A DNA stretch of 64,000 nt, from positions 682,001 through 746,000 of the forward strand of contig NW_020845558.1 in the NCBI RefSeq assembly GCF_003704095.1, given 5' to 3'. Below the pieces are notes generated by a model. That model did not search any database. It was not told the origin of the DNA and was given only the letters and a program-made list of their open reading frames with translations. The position numbers and the translations under genes are program-made. The DNA comes from Pocillopora damicornis (taxonomy: Eukaryota). Positions 61,110 through 64,000 of the stretch are shown one piece after another (position 1 is the stretch's first letter; each line of letters starts with the position of its first letter).

Positions 61110-64000
61110 TTTTTCAAAAAAGTGAATTCAGTAGTTTTAAGTCAAGCAACAAAGATACAAGGAGACAAAACCTGACGAAACCTGAGACTTGGAAACGGCG
61201 GAAGACTAATGATTTAACATCGAAACTGGAAAGCAATCATTTTAAACCTCAAGAGTATTTGGGCAACTATCACAACGGTTTGTTTAGATTTTACTAAGTT
61301 GGCCAATCATAATTTTTACTGAAATTGCATGGTTGTCGCCGAGTGTGAATGAATTAGCATGTTGTAAGCGTAATGTATCTGTTTGGAAGTCAATTTAGAA
61401 TTCCTATTGGTTGCAAATAACGGATAACTTAATGGATGAGCCGAATATCAATAAACTTAACAGCTTTTTGACCGCGGTATGTATCAATTGACATCATCAA
61501 CAGCAAATCGATACGATCAATTTATTTTTTCAAGCTATCGAGCCAGAATTAATGTTTACAGTGCATTGACTCAATCTTCATATCCTTTCGTGCAGAGGTC
61601 GTTCTTTGGGTCTTTATTTCAAAAAACACTTTTTTTTTCTTTTTTAAGAATGTCTAATTATTAGAGCGGACGCTGAAAGTTCTTTCTTTTTAATGCGATT
61701 GAAGCTTGGAAACGTTCTCAATATGTCCTTCAAGTTGTGCGGTTTAGTATTTCAATTTGACAATTACGTTCAAACCTAAAAGTCCCAGGGTGACTTTTAA
61801 GTGGTTTGGGTTAATTCCGGAAATCAATCAAGGTCCAAAAAATATTCACCTTGAATATCCTCGTCCTCTTCCAATTTTCAATAGTACTGTACCAGAAAAT
61901 TCCTTTGAAAGCAAGTGATTAGTGGTAATCTACACAAGGCTTTCTGTCCCTTTAAAAACAAATCGTTTGTTGTGTAGTTCCCAGGCCCCTGTAAGTATCG
62001 CAGCGATCTAGTTTCAATACCTCATTGTTATTGGAGCTCTAAAAGGGATGTCGACCGTTATGAAAGACTCCACGACAAAAGTTGCATTATTTAGCGACAA
62101 GAAACCTGAACCAACAAGAGGTATCTCTTCAATTAACAGGTGGCAAGTTACACTAAGTTTTTCAACAATTACCCTCGCTATTTTCAGTTGGGTGTCCAGA
62201 TTCTTTTGAAAGATAACCTGATCTTCGTACATCAGTGGTCGAGTTACTACAAGAGATGATCTCAGTATAAAAGCGGGCTTTCGTTCTACGAGCTTTATTC
62301 TGCTGTTGATAATACAGTGCTGGTATCTGGATCAATAGTAGTGTTCGCAAGATACGTATAAACAATGCAAATTGAATCTTAAAGGCAAGAATAACTTGGT
62401 GAGTAGGGACATCACTACACATCTTAATCTGGGATGGGGTATAAGTACGAAGTGTGATACAGATCGGTTAAATGTAAGGGTGCAGGACATACAAAGAAAC
62501 ACCGTCAAGGTATTAAGAAACTCAGATTAAAATGGATGTTAGGGTTCAGTCGATGATTGTTAATAGAAAACAATGGTAACTGTATCTCTGAAGAACATGG
62601 AGTTGGGACTGTGGGAATCGAGAGCCTGGAAGTCCTAGCCACCATCCAGATACATGTATGGACTCTAAGGGTCACAAACCTCCAGCGCCAGCCACACATT
62701 CACAGACACCCAATCATAAAGAAGGCAACCTTACTTCCTTACTCCGCTGTGAGGTTGTGTTGTAGTGGTGTTGAAGTTTTTACCCTTCTTCTTGGCCAGA
62801 TCAAGTGGAGGGATAGGTGCTGCTGAAAAAGGGAAAGGTGAGGACTCAAGGTCTTAGTGAAAGTCACTTCTTCTTCAGTAACAAGAGAGAGCAAACGATT
62901 CTTACAAGTTGAACTTTCGTTGTACTCTAAACAAACTCTGGGATAATTTGTTTCCTTGGGTAAAATTTCCACACAGCACTATGCTATTGTAAAACAGATC
63001 TGCTTTCCCAATGGCACTGTATTGTTTTTGTCATTGTTTTCTCAATCCAAGAACTGAATGCAAAATGTAGTATGGGGCTGTGCATAAATTTTACTATTCC
63101 TTGTACTGTTTGGTTATGGCAGGTGTTTTTCTCTCCACTTGGAGCTCTTGGGGTCACATGCATGGAACACACATTGGCTCTTAGATTTGGGTTGTAGCTA
63201 CGGAAATGCTCACTGATAGTTTCTTCACATAATAATAAGAGGAATTTAATAAGAAGAAGCAGGCAGCTGTTTAGTCAATACATATCTTGACAAACACTAC
63301 ATGTGAGTACTATTTACAACCTTACATAATTTATTCTTCACCCTTCTACCAAGAGACATGAAAAGGACTTGGTGGAACCTTTAGCTGCCCAATTTCAATC
63401 TCTACATGTCTATAAGGTCACATAATTACATTTTGATTTTTCAAATCAATAGCTCTCATTAAGATCAAATTAGTGTAGCACTGAATGATAAAGCACACAT
63501 TAATAGTGTATATACATGTTTATGACCTGCATCTGAGTGTATAAAATGTGTCTCTGCATCATAACACAGACAAAACAATGACAAAGGGTCCTCTTAGCTC
63601 TGTAGTACCTTCCATTAGACACTGTCTACATGCAATATTTAGCAAACAAACCATTAAGTTACAATTTATACAATTCATACCCTAGAATACACTGAATCCT
63701 AGTTACTACCATGTAAAATTCAGGAGGATATTCAAATTTATGTATTTAATTATATATTCATAATAATATATTATGATGCCTAACAAAAGACATAGAAAGA
63801 GAGTAACAAAACATTCAGCTTACTAATTCAAGTCTCTGAGTGTCCTCATAGTCTTGGTCTCATTATTAAATTTTGAATTGACAACTCCACTGCTTCCTTT
63901 GACTTTATAATAGTGTAAACCAGCCAGTTGCTAGCAATACATGATGAACTAGACTTTGACTGGCCTACATGACACAGATATTGGCTCTATAAGTGGACAA

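Noticed and set aside
61900-63200. Chain of short minus-strand ORFs as a frameshifted pseudogene
   Set aside because: No recognisable protein motif; more likely intron/UTR sequence of a gene beyond the window.
1-64000. CRISPR arrays, rRNA or intact tRNA genes
   Set aside because: None seen; the only tRNA-like signal is a degenerate SINE B-box near 19680.

Overview
Eukaryotic, AT-rich, intron-containing scaffold with many N-gaps. Gene and repeat content suggest a cnidarian, probably a stony coral (inference). From left to right: (1) the 3' end of an unidentified + strand gene; (2) a complete 12-coding-exon CELF/Bruno-like RNA-binding protein gene (2428-10088), with MITEs in its introns, a 3'UTR intron and a candidate poison exon; (3) a cluster of at least 7 intronless class A GPCR copies (13.6-32.4 kb), mostly as head-to-head pairs, including one pseudogene and three gap-truncated copies; (4) an array of at least 3 paralogous genes for a bacterial-type chondroitin sulfate ABC lyase (PL8). 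These carry a spliced signal-peptide exon and GT-AG introns, and retain equivalents of the catalytic residues (35.8-53 kb, broken by gaps); (5) two tandem 5-exon secreted phospholipase A2 genes on the - strand (54.2-61.1 kb), largely missed by the ORF track. The best candidate for a new system is the domesticated, amplified, secreted chondroitinase array directly beside the sPLA2 pair and the lipid-receptor-like GPCR array.
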